Shown piece after piece: positions 1 to 8,854 of a stretch of DNA of 64,000 nt. Within the stretch, counting starts at the first letter, position 1; each line of letters begins with the position of its first letter. Where the stretch lies: NCBI GenBank assembly GCA_965209155.1, contig OZ242383.1:1600001-1664000 (forward strand). Reading direction: 5' to 3'. Source of the DNA: a bacterium (GTDB taxonomy: Bacteria > SAR324 > NAC60-12). The notes beneath the pieces are model-generated. The model searched no databases. It was not told the DNA's origin and saw only the letters and a program-made list of their open reading frames with translations. A program made the position numbers and the translations under genes.

Positions 1-14
1 CAATTGCAGAGGGT

Positions 15-1583
15 TTGGCTCTCCAGATTCAACGGGGTGACGTGCCCGATCTGCTGGAAGATGCAGAAATTTTTTCATTGGATATCGGGGCTTTGCTCGC
101 TGGAACGAAATTTCGAGGCGATTTCGAACAGCGCGTCAAAGCGGTACTAAAAGCCTTAAAGAACAAAACCCGCTCAATTCTTTTCATAGACGAAATCCAT
201 ACCATCGTGGGAGCAGGAGCTACCAGCGGGGGATCAATGGATGTCTCCAATTTATTGAAACCGGCGCTTGCGAAAGGCACTCTCCGTTGTATTGGTTCCA
301 CGACCTATGAAGAGTACAAAAAGTCTTTTGATAAAGACCATGCCCTTTCCCGAAGATTTCAAAAAATCGATATCCTGGAACCAACCGTTGAAGAAACGAT
401 CAAGATACTGAAGGGACTTAAAGTGCATTATGAAAACCATCACGAACTGCGCTACACTCAGGGTGCTTTGCGGGTTGCCGCTGAATTATCAGCCAAATAC
501 ATCAACGAACGATTTCTACCGGATAAAGCCATTGATGTGATTGATGAAGTTGGCTCTGCCGTGAAGTTGCGTCCGATATCAAAAAAACGAAAAACCGTTA
601 CGGCGATTGATGTGGAACAGGTCGTGTCCCGCATCGCTCGTATTCCTTTACAACGAGTGACCGTTTCCGATAAAGACCAATTACAGAATTTAGAAAAGGA
701 ACTGAAGATGCGGGTTTTTGGTCAGGACGAAGCCCTGCGAACGTTGGCGATCGCAATTAAACGTTCACGGGCAGGATTGAGTCAGCCCGACCAACCCGTT
801 GGCTCCTTTTTATTTACCGGACCCACTGGAGTGGGGAAAACTGAAGTGGCCAAACAACTGGCAATGATCATGGGCATTCATTTCGAGCGCTTTGATATGA
901 GTGAATATATGGAAAAGCATGCGGTTTCTCGTTTGATTGGAGCTCCTCCCGGTTATGTTGGCTTTGATCAGGGAGGTTTGATGACTGATGCGATTCGAAA
1001 GCACCCGCATTCGGTATTGTTGCTCGACGAAATCGAAAAAGCCCATCCGGATATCTTTAATATTTTACTGCAAGTGATGGATCACGCTAAATTGACGGAC
1101 AATAACGGACGACAAGCGGATTTTCGCAATGTGGTCATCATCATGACTTCCAATGTTGGAGCTAAAGAAATGGGCACGGCGATGATTGGGTTCGGCAACA
1201 ATTCCCCTACAGCTCCTGGTAAACAAGCGCTGGAGAAAATGTTCAGCCCTGAATTCCGCAATCGTCTGGATGCGATCATCAACTTCAATTCGTTGCCGGA
1301 AAATGTAATCCTCATGGTGGTTGATAAATTCATCCTGACATTGGAACACAAACTTCAGCACAAACGAGTGGTCATTAATATTTCCGAGTCGACACGCAAG
1401 TGGCTTGCGCGCAAAGGATATGATCCGAAATTTGGAGCACGCTTGATGCAGCGTGTGATACAACAAGAGATCGAAACGGTTCTTGCTGATGAAGTTTTGT
1501 TTGGACACCTGGTCAATGGGGGACAGGTTTTCATCGATGTCCGGAACGAGACACTCACCTTTGATTATTCCGAAACCACTTAG
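15..1583 (+). CDS. clpA: ATP-dependent Clp protease ATP-binding subunit ClpA (5'-truncated by window edge)
   Basis: LFIDEIHT Walker B of NBD1, GPTGVGKT Walker A of NBD2, FDMSEYMEKHAVSRLIGAPPGYVGF; short middle region typical of ClpA. Confidence 0.93.
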   Translation: MALQIQRGDVPDLLEDAEIFSLDIGALLAGTKFRGDFEQRVKAVLKALKNKTRSILFIDEIHTIVGAGATSGGSMDVSNLLKPALAKGTLRCIGSTTYEEYKKSFDKDHALSRRFQKIDILEPTVEETIKILKGLKVHYENHHELRYTQGALRVAAELSAKYINERFLPDKAIDVIDEVGSAVKLRPISKKRKTVTAIDVEQVVSRIARIPLQRVTVSDKDQLQNLEKELKMRVFGQDEALRTLAIAIKRSRAGLSQPDQPVGSFLFTGPTGVGKTEVAKQLAMIMGIHFERFDMSEYMEKHAVSRLIGAPPGYVGFDQGGLMTDAIRKHPHSVLLLDEIEKAHPDIFNILLQVMDHAKLTDNNGRQADFRNVVIIMTSNVGAKEMGTAMIGFGNNSPTAPGKQALEKMFSPEFRNRLDAIINFNSLPENVILMVVDKFILTLEHKLQHKRVVINISESTRKWLARKGYDPKFGARLMQRVIQQEIETVLADEVLFGHLVNGGQVFIDVRNETLTFDYSETT

Positions 1584-1679
1584 TCCGTTTACCTGCTAAT
1601 TTATTCTGCCAGATTGATCCATGCGACTGGTGTAGACTTCTGCAAGACAGTTAAAGTTCCTCGCATATTATGAGAAATT

Positions 1680-2156
1680 ATGAGTGATATTCATCCCATC
1701 ACGAAAACCGGGTATGAAAAATTGAAAAATGAATTGAAACGATTGACGTCCGTGGAGCGACCTGCTGTGGTTCAAGCTATCGAAGAAGCCCGTGCGCATG
1801 GAGATCTGCGAGAAAATGCAGAATATCATGCCGCCAAGGAACGGCAAGGTTTCATTGAAGGACGGCTTCAAGAAATCAATGGCAAATTGTCCAATTGCAA
1901 AGTGATCGATCCTGCTGTGTTATCAGGAAATACTGTAATTTTCGGTGCCACGGTGACGCTACTCGACCTGAAAACCGAGGGAGAGATGCGTTACCAAATA
2001 GTTGGGGATGAAGAAGCCGATCTCAACGAAAAAAAAATCTCATATTCCTCTCCCATTGCACGGGCGCTGATTGGAAAAAAAGCTGGAGATGAGATCACCA
2101 TCCGAATCCCAAAAGGAACCCTTGAGGTTGAGGTGCTAGATGTTGAATTTATCTGA
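1680..2156 (+). CDS. greA: Transcription elongation factor GreA
   Basis: ARAHGDLRENAEYHAAKE and ISYSSPIARALIGK motifs. Confidence 0.97.
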   Translation: MSDIHPITKTGYEKLKNELKRLTSVERPAVVQAIEEARAHGDLRENAEYHAAKERQGFIEGRLQEINGKLSNCKVIDPAVLSGNTVIFGATVTLLDLKTEGEMRYQIVGDEEADLNEKKISYSSPIARALIGKKAGDEITIRIPKGTLEVEVLDVEFI

Positions 2157-2165
2157 AGAGGCGCA

Positions 2166-3233
2166 TTGCTGGAAGTTAATATCCAAAAAAAAATGGATCG
2201 TTTTCATCTCAGTTTCAACCAAATCATCCCTCCTGGAGTCACCGCTTTTTTTGGTAAATCCGGTGCTGGCAAAACCACGATACTCAATCTGATCGCTGGA
2301 TTGATGAACCCAGATCAAGGAAGGATCGCCCTGAATCAACAGGTATTGTTTCACTCTTCAGAAAACATCAACCTCCCTCCGGCACGCCGCGGTATAGGGT
2401 ATGTTTTTCAGGAATCCCGTCTCTTTCCTCATCTCAATGTGAGAAAAAATCTGGTTTATGGATATCGATCTGTTCCGGATAAACAGAAATTACTGAACTT
2501 TGACAATGTGGTCTCTCTTTTGGAATTAGAACCACTTTTAATCCGTTATCCCAAACGGTTGTCCACAGGTGAAAAACAAAGGGTGGCCATTGGCAGAGCA
2601 TTGCTGCGACAACCGGAAGTCATGTTAATGGACGAACCGCTCGCCTCATTGGATACCCCCCGTAAAATCCAGATCCTGCCTTACATCAAACGAATTTGCA
2701 GTGAATTAAAAATTCCCGTTATCTATGTCAGTCATCTGATTGATGAAATCATGCAACTAGCTCATTCCATGGCTTTCATTGCTGAAGGCTCATGTCTGGC
2801 ATACGGTCCCATTGTAGATGTGCTCGCTCAACATGAACTGCAAAATTTTTATGGATTGGAAGAAATAGGGTCAGTCTTGGAAACCCAAATCACTGCTCAT
2901 GATTCGGCCTATGACTTAACCCTACTCTCCCATCCAGGTGGACAAATTTCCGTTTCCCGCTTGCACCAGCCTGTTCAAGAATTGATCCGCATCCGCATCC
3001 TCCCTCGAGACGTAACCATTGCCACAACCTTGCCCCAGGACAGCAGCGTCCTCAATATTCTGCAGGGAACCATCACTTCTATGATCCAAGTCAGCCCCTC
3101 CCATATCGACCTCCTGCTCGATGTGGGCGGCCCCTTGTGGGCGCGCGTTACACGAAAATCATGCGATTCCCTCCAATTAAAAATGGGAAAACCTATCTAT
3201 GCCCTCATTAAAAGCGCTGCCGTTTTGCCCTGA
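2166..3233 (+). CDS. modC: Molybdate ABC transporter ATP-binding protein ModC
   Basis: GKSGAGKT, IGYVFQESRLFPHL, LMDEPLASLD, C-terminal TOBE/Mop segment (SVLNIL...IYALIKS). Confidence 0.9.
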   Translation: MLEVNIQKKMDRFHLSFNQIIPPGVTAFFGKSGAGKTTILNLIAGLMNPDQGRIALNQQVLFHSSENINLPPARRGIGYVFQESRLFPHLNVRKNLVYGYRSVPDKQKLLNFDNVVSLLELEPLLIRYPKRLSTGEKQRVAIGRALLRQPEVMLMDEPLASLDTPRKIQILPYIKRICSELKIPVIYVSHLIDEIMQLAHSMAFIAEGSCLAYGPIVDVLAQHELQNFYGLEEIGSVLETQITAHDSAYDLTLLSHPGGQISVSRLHQPVQELIRIRILPRDVTIATTLPQDSSVLNILQGTITSMIQVSPSHIDLLLDVGGPLWARVTRKSCDSLQLKMGKPIYALIKSAAVLP

Positions 3234-3266
3234 TTTCTACAAAATGCATTTTTTTTAAATTTTTTG

Positions 3267-3295
3267 TTGCACTCTTATCAAAAACTTGTTAGAGT
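3267..3295 (+). promoter_or_regulatory. Putative sigma70 promoter
   Basis: TTGCAC-N17-TAGAGT directly upstream of the CIRCE element. Confidence 0.55.
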
Positions 3296-3310
3296 TTGCC
3301 ATTATGAATG

Positions 3311-3337
3311 TTAGCACTCACAAACATTGAGTGCTAG
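3311..3337 (+). promoter_or_regulatory. CIRCE element (HrcA operator)
   Basis: TTAGCACTC-ACAAACATT-GAGTGCTAG; 17/18 match to TTAGCACTC-N9-GAGTGCTAA. Confidence 0.9.
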
Positions 3338-3438
3338 TAATAGGAATTTAAAATTTATTTCGTTTTTTTGTGAGCAACTGAGGGATAAGACATGGTTTTT
3401 GCATAAAAGACTCATTGAGAAATGTCAAGGAGGGCAAC

Positions 3439-3696
3439 ATGAAATACAATGAACGAAAAAAAGGGAAACAAGGTCATATGAATTCTGGAGATAATTTCAA
3501 TAAAATCAGTCGTGAAGAGATCAACGAAGCGATGCAGCAGTTTTTCAAGCGTGGTGGTAAAATCAAAAAGATCAAGACACTCCACAATTCTATCACTTCG
3601 ATAGATCCTCTAGGAGATGAAGATAGGGGAAGGTGGGATGAGATTGGCAATTTGAATTTCAACTCAGGTACCTCATCTTCAATGAGTAATTGGTAA
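3439..3696 (+). CDS. Small protein with SutA-like RNA-polymerase-binding motif
   Basis: SD AAGGAGG before ATG 3439; EEINEAMQQFFKRGGKIKKI resembles the SutA core (AMEEFLxRGGKVQEI, recalled). Confidence 0.6.
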   Translation: MKYNERKKGKQGHMNSGDNFNKISREEINEAMQQFFKRGGKIKKIKTLHNSITSIDPLGDEDRGRWDEIGNLNFNSGTSSSMSNW

Positions 3697-3800
3697 TCAC
3701 GTCCACGAGTGGACTCGTTTGCCAATGCGTGTTCGATTCAGTGAGCAGAGGGTAGAGGAGTTTACGATCTCTGTTGAGAAAAAAAATCGGATTTCCGGGA

Positions 3801-4316
3801 TCAATTGGAGATGGAGGATAAGTAGATTTTCCAGGTAGGGTGATCGTTCGCCGTTCGCAAGGAGTGAGCCAGAAACTGAAACCAATCGGGTTCCATCGGT
3901 TTTTTTCTCAAAGAGACTCCCACCTTTTCAGGGAGGTTGTCGCCTTTTTTCGCATTACAAGCAAGACAAGCAGTCACCAGATTATCCCAAGAAGTTCTTC
4001 CCCCTTTACTTCGTGGAATCACGTGATCACATGTCAGTTTGTTCGAAGAGAAGGGGTGTGTACAATACTGGCAAATATAGTGATCACGTTGAAAGATTGT
4101 TTCTCGGGAGAGTTTAACGGCTCCTCTTTCCCAACGCGCAAATTTCACGAGACGAATCACAGCAGGCAGGGGAATCGATTGGGAAACACTGCGGATTTCC
4201 CGGTCGTATTTTTCTAGAATCTCAACTTTATCCAAAAAAAAGAGGAGAATGGCTTTACGCCAGGAAATCACCTTCAATGGTTGGAAGCTAGCATTCAAGA
4301 GTAAAGTCCGCTCCAT
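3801..4316 (-). CDS. HNH endonuclease (McrA-like)
   Basis: LLLNASFQPL N-terminus, RDHYICQYC, DHVIPRSKGG, WDNLVTACLACNAKKG. Confidence 0.92.
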   Translation of the reverse strand: MERTLLLNASFQPLKVISWRKAILLFFLDKVEILEKYDREIRSVSQSIPLPAVIRLVKFARWERGAVKLSRETIFQRDHYICQYCTHPFSSNKLTCDHVIPRSKGGRTSWDNLVTACLACNAKKGDNLPEKVGVSLRKKPMEPDWFQFLAHSLRTANDHPTWKIYLSSISN

Positions 4317-4541
4317 TTTGTTCCTTTTTGATATCCGCTCTACAACAATTCAGTTCCCATGTGGCCGAGATATCGTTTAATTGGAGAAACTCGCAGTTTT
4401 TTTGAACCCAATGTCGGTTGATTATGAACCGCATATTTAAATTTTGTACTCGATAAGAAATTGTCAGTCTATTGATTGAAGAGAACATTTTCAAGACAAG
4501 ACAATCCCATTCTGCAAGCGGAAATTGCAGTAGATTAGCTG

Positions 4542-5582
4542 CTACATGACACTTTGGGTGATTTGAACCACTCGATTGAAGACCAATTGGGGTGAAACTG
4601 AGGTCAAACAAAGACGTTTTTGCTTTATTTTGCACTCACCTTTGCCGGTTCGACTACATGGCCGACAAGGCAGGTTCACTTCGATGGCTTCACTTTTTTC
4701 CAAGTAGGGAAAATAACCAAATTCGCGCACAGTTGGTCCAAAAATCGCGATAGCAGGCGTGTTCATCGCTTCTGCTATATGGGCAATGGAGGTGTCGTTG
4801 CAAACAACCAGGCGTGCCTGTTCGAGAAGTGCGGCAGATCCCAAGGGAGTCAGTTTACCTGCCAAATTACAAATATTTTCCCCAAAATACTGTTTCAACC
4901 TTTGGGATTCCTCTTCTTTATCTCCCCCGATCAGGACAATTTGCCATTTTTTCGCCAGCAGTTTGCTCACTAGAGACTGAAAATGGGATAACGGCCAACG
5001 TTTTCCCGGAACCGAAGCGGAAGGTCCGATACAGATCAATCGACCTGAATCCAGCCGATTTTCTCTAAGGAAATTTTTGACAGTGGTCTTGTCTCGAGAG
5101 GAAGGGAAAAGTTCTGTTCGACAAGCAAGAGATTGGGATGTCTGAGATTGCAGGGGATGGAGAAACACTTCCCGTTGAGAGAAACCATTTCTCAGAAAAT
5201 TGAGTTTCCATAGAATGAGAATCGTTCGTTGCCAGCCACGCTTGTTAATCTTCCAGACAACCGGAGGACGCCTCTGGAAGAAAGATTTCATATTCCAACA
5301 AATCCAACGACTCCTCAAGGAGCGGTGAATGTCGTAAATGATGTCAAAGGATTGCTGATTGAGCCGTTCCGCCAACCGATTCAGTTCCCTAAAAGTCTCC
5401 CCCTGGGGATGGAAAGTGACCTGGTCTATATAGGGATTGTTGTCCAGAATCTGACCGTGTTGTTTGGAGGTTAAAAAAGTGACATGGCTCTCTGGAAAGA
5501 CTTTTTTCAGTTCCCGAAAAACTGGAGTGCACAAAACAAGATCTCCCAATGAACTAAAACGAATGACCAGAATTTTAAGCAT
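4542..5582 (-). CDS. Glycosyltransferase family 9 (ADP-heptose:LPS heptosyltransferase)
   Basis: KILVIRFSSLGD start, NDTSIAHIAEA, AIFGPT, CRPC motif; start moved to ATG 5582. Confidence 0.9.
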   Translation of the reverse strand: MLKILVIRFSSLGDLVLCTPVFRELKKVFPESHVTFLTSKQHGQILDNNPYIDQVTFHPQGETFRELNRLAERLNQQSFDIIYDIHRSLRSRWICWNMKSFFQRRPPVVWKINKRGWQRTILILWKLNFLRNGFSQREVFLHPLQSQTSQSLACRTELFPSSRDKTTVKNFLRENRLDSGRLICIGPSASVPGKRWPLSHFQSLVSKLLAKKWQIVLIGGDKEEESQRLKQYFGENICNLAGKLTPLGSAALLEQARLVVCNDTSIAHIAEAMNTPAIAIFGPTVREFGYFPYLEKSEAIEVNLPCRPCSRTGKGECKIKQKRLCLTSVSPQLVFNRVVQITQSVM

Positions 5583-5619
5583 TTGTGGTCTCAGATTTTT
5601 TGAAACTTCCGGATGTACT

Positions 5620-6960
5620 TTATTTGCCAGAGATTGCGATTTTTTCCACTTTGAATGCAGGAGTGAGGATCGGACTGCGTTCATCGACTTCGCAGGCAAT
5701 CATGGTGATCCGGTTCAATATATCGGTAAAAGTGCTGGCAATGGTGAATTCATTGACTGGCTCTGACAGCTTTCCATCTCGTATCCAAATTCCTTGGGCT
5801 CCTCGTGAATAGTCTCCGTTGGTGATGTTGGCTCCTTGACCAGACATGAAAGTCAGGTAGAGTCCATTTTTAACGCTTTCGATTAATTCAGATTCAAAAT
5901 AGGGACCGGGCTCGAGAACGACATTGGAGGTTCCACCTGCATAACCGTTTGTTTGCATTTTTAACTTATTGGCGGAATAGGTGGAAAGCATGTAATTTTT
6001 CAACACACCGTTTTCGATGAGGCGCAAAGGAGAGGCTTTCACACCCTCACTGTCAAAATACCGGCTCCCCAGCTTGCCAGGCAACAGGGGGTCATCTCGC
6101 AATTGGATGCAAGGATTGGCGATGGAAGTTTCCAGCCGGTCCACCAGAAACGATTGTTTGCGAAAAATGTTGTCGCCCATCATGGCGGAAGTAAGGGAGC
6201 CTATAAAACTGCGTGCCATTTCCGGACAAAAGACAACAGCCACTTCCTGGCTTTTAGGTTTTATCGCTCCAATTTTACGCACCACACGTTCACAAGTTTT
6301 GCGAGCAACTGTATCCAAAGGATCTAAATGCTCGTAAAAGCAAGAACAGCCATACCATCCATCGGTTTGTTTGCGGGCGGAGTTCTTTTCGACAGTGTCT
6401 TGATCTTCGACAAAAGCAGACATCCCTCTGGTAAACAACGTTTTTTTATAACTGTCCATGAAACCATTGGAATCCGCATATACTACTTCTGAGATCAAGT
6501 CGGAATAATAAGCCTGTTCCGTGTGTAGACGTGAATCGATAGCCAGTGTTTTTTCTTCTTGGAGAAAAGTATTCTGTATTTTTTCAGAAGAAGAATAATG
6601 ATCAAAGCGCGGATCCAAACAATTAAGATCGCCAGACGATCTTCCCTGTAATGCAGGGTCCGGGAGCGTATAGTACTCATCGGCATTGATATAAGGCAGG
6701 ATGTCCATAGTGGATTTGACCAATGGAAGTAGAGTATCGATACGGAGATCATTGGAGGTTACCGATGAACGGCGTTGGTTTCGACATAAAGTCAAATGCA
6801 CCCCTGACGAACTCGCTTCCTTGAGCAGATCGATTTGATGATCCCGTACTTCCACTTGAAATAAAGTCGTGTGACCAATTGACACGGTGATAAATTCCGC
6901 TCCCATTTTTTGAGAGGCTACAATCAATTCCTTGGCGAATTGTTTATGAGTCTCGGTCAT
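5620..6960 (-). CDS. pmbA: PmbA/TldE family protein
   Basis: DDPLLPGKLGSRYFDSEG, GDYSRGAQGIWIRDG, PVNEFTIA. Confidence 0.9.
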   Translation of the reverse strand: MTETHKQFAKELIVASQKMGAEFITVSIGHTTLFQVEVRDHQIDLLKEASSSGVHLTLCRNQRRSSVTSNDLRIDTLLPLVKSTMDILPYINADEYYTLPDPALQGRSSGDLNCLDPRFDHYSSSEKIQNTFLQEEKTLAIDSRLHTEQAYYSDLISEVVYADSNGFMDSYKKTLFTRGMSAFVEDQDTVEKNSARKQTDGWYGCSCFYEHLDPLDTVARKTCERVVRKIGAIKPKSQEVAVVFCPEMARSFIGSLTSAMMGDNIFRKQSFLVDRLETSIANPCIQLRDDPLLPGKLGSRYFDSEGVKASPLRLIENGVLKNYMLSTYSANKLKMQTNGYAGGTSNVVLEPGPYFESELIESVKNGLYLTFMSGQGANITNGDYSRGAQGIWIRDGKLSEPVNEFTIASTFTDILNRITMIACEVDERSPILTPAFKVEKIAISGK

Positions 6961-7023
6961 GAAAAGGACTTAGAGAAATGTACATTCAAGGGAAGCAGAA
7001 TCCTCGAGGCAAGAACATTCGAA

Positions 7024-7962
7024 CTAGAACTTGAATCGTTTTTTTGAAGCCATATGGAAACGATAGCTGTTTGTAAAAAGTAAATTATTTTGAGGTTCCA
7101 GGAAGCGAAACAAGCTGTGGGGAAAGGTACCGTGTTGGTTTTCTGAGGCCATGGGAAAAAGGATTTTCAGCATTTGAGTTACCAGTGTAAGCGAAGTATC
7201 AACCCGCGTAATCAAGACCGGGAAACTTGTCAGGGTAGGCACTGGTTGGGGAGTGTTCGGATAAATATTAGCAGGCAATGGACGATCTGACAGCCAAGGG
7301 AATTGCGCTCGATTAAAAGTTATCAACCAGTCATCCAGAGGAATCAACTTATAAGCAGGCTGAAGCAACAAGTGATGGATTTCTTTCAACGGGTATGGGG
7401 CTGTTACGAGAAGTGCCCTATTATCCAGACCAGCAAGAGTTTCTAAGCTGTTTTCTTCAGTGAACCAATGAAATCGGTCAGGGTCGTAATAACCTGGTGT
7501 AATCAGTTGGCTCCAAGAGTTAACAAAATACGTAGAGTTGTGGTGTACACTAAGCGAGTCATGGGTGTCAACCCCTAACGCAGTCATTTCTATTTGTGGA
7601 GTAACCACATGGAGCGCGTTCGGCCACAGCACGGTAATCACCGAAACCTCCGGATACCGAGTAAGCGAAAGATGAGCCTGTTGGGGAGAAATAATTGCGA
7701 AATCTCCCTGACGGGATCGCAGACGTCGTATACGATTTTCCGGATTTTTTACCACAATTGGAAAAAGGGAACCAGGCATTTGAAATTTGGAGACTTTCCA
7801 CAAGCGTGAAAACTCCATGGCAAATTGATAAGAACCGGTTCCTTGGGCTCCTACCAGAATGGAATAATGTGGCGCCCCTTGCAGGGAACCGCATTGAACA
7901 GAAGCAACTAATACTCCGATCACTATGTAAATTGTTGCTTTCAACCAGGACAGTTCTCTCAT
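7024..7962 (-). CDS. Probable TAXI-family TRAP solute-binding protein (divergent)
   Basis: Signal-like N-terminus, G..GTGSYQFA, LWPNALHVVT, LPANIYP, C-terminal FHMAS..F pattern. Confidence 0.55.
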   Translation of the reverse strand: MRELSWLKATIYIVIGVLVASVQCGSLQGAPHYSILVGAQGTGSYQFAMEFSRLWKVSKFQMPGSLFPIVVKNPENRIRRLRSRQGDFAIISPQQAHLSLTRYPEVSVITVLWPNALHVVTPQIEMTALGVDTHDSLSVHHNSTYFVNSWSQLITPGYYDPDRFHWFTEENSLETLAGLDNRALLVTAPYPLKEIHHLLLQPAYKLIPLDDWLITFNRAQFPWLSDRPLPANIYPNTPQPVPTLTSFPVLITRVDTSLTLVTQMLKILFPMASENQHGTFPHSLFRFLEPQNNLLFTNSYRFHMASKKRFKF

Positions 7963-7965
7963 GGT

Positions 7966-8784
7966 TCATTGCTGACACGAAGGGCAAAAGAAGCTACTGC
8001 GTTGCTGCTGGACAATGCGTTGAATGGGAGTGGAACAACGAGGACAGGGCTTCTCTGTTTTTCCATAAACTTTCAGAAAATTTTGAAAAACTCCGGTTTT
8101 CTGATCAACACGACGAAAGTCTGAAATGGAAGTGCCATTTTTTTCAATAGAAGCCTGAATTATTTTTTTGATCGAACGTACTAATTTTTTCAGTTCCCAC
8201 TGCTGCAACGTATTTCCCGGACGACGCGGTGAAATACGAGAATCGAATAAGATTTCAGCTGCGTATATATTTCCAATTCCTGCCACTTTACTTTGATTGA
8301 GTAGCAAGTTCTTGATAGGACTCACACTGCAGGTGAAACATTTTTTTAAAAAGGCCGTTGTCAAATCGGAAGAAAGTGGCTCAATACCAAGTTGGTTCAA
8401 GACTGGCTGATTTTCCAGGGATTCGTACAGTCTCAGAGTTCCAAAACAGCGCATGTCTGCAAATACCATCAGCAATTCAGGTTCCAGATGAAACCAAAGG
8501 CGGTGATCTTTGGCCGGATGGGAGAGCGGAGGGGTGACCAGGAATTTGCCCGTCATCCTCAAATGAGCCACCAACCACAAGGGTGGGTCCAATTTAAAAA
8601 TCAAGTACTTGGCACGACGAGTGACCGACCGGATGGTGTGACCTGAGAGACGTTGGGCAAATATCCCGGGATTTTCCGGACTGATAGCATTATTACGAAA
8701 TATGGTCACCGAGGTGATGATGTGGGAAACCACCGTCTTTTGCAATCCCCGGACAATGGTTTCCACTTCGGGTAACTCAGGCAT
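7966..8784 (-). CDS. mutM: Formamidopyrimidine-DNA glycosylase
   Basis: MPELPEVE start, HLRMTG, GIGNIYAAE, C-terminal CPRC...CPSCQ zinc finger. Confidence 0.97.
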   Translation of the reverse strand: MPELPEVETIVRGLQKTVVSHIITSVTIFRNNAISPENPGIFAQRLSGHTIRSVTRRAKYLIFKLDPPLWLVAHLRMTGKFLVTPPLSHPAKDHRLWFHLEPELLMVFADMRCFGTLRLYESLENQPVLNQLGIEPLSSDLTTAFLKKCFTCSVSPIKNLLLNQSKVAGIGNIYAAEILFDSRISPRRPGNTLQQWELKKLVRSIKKIIQASIEKNGTSISDFRRVDQKTGVFQNFLKVYGKTEKPCPRCSTPIQRIVQQQRSSFFCPSCQQ

Positions 8785-8854
8785 GTGATTCATGCTGGAA
8801 TAAAGTTTATGAGCCATCATAGCCTATTTCCAACCAATTTGAAGGAGAAACCGA

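Noticed and set aside
2166..3233. modC without modAB as a novel system
   Set aside because: Split mod loci are common; partners are probably elsewhere in the genome
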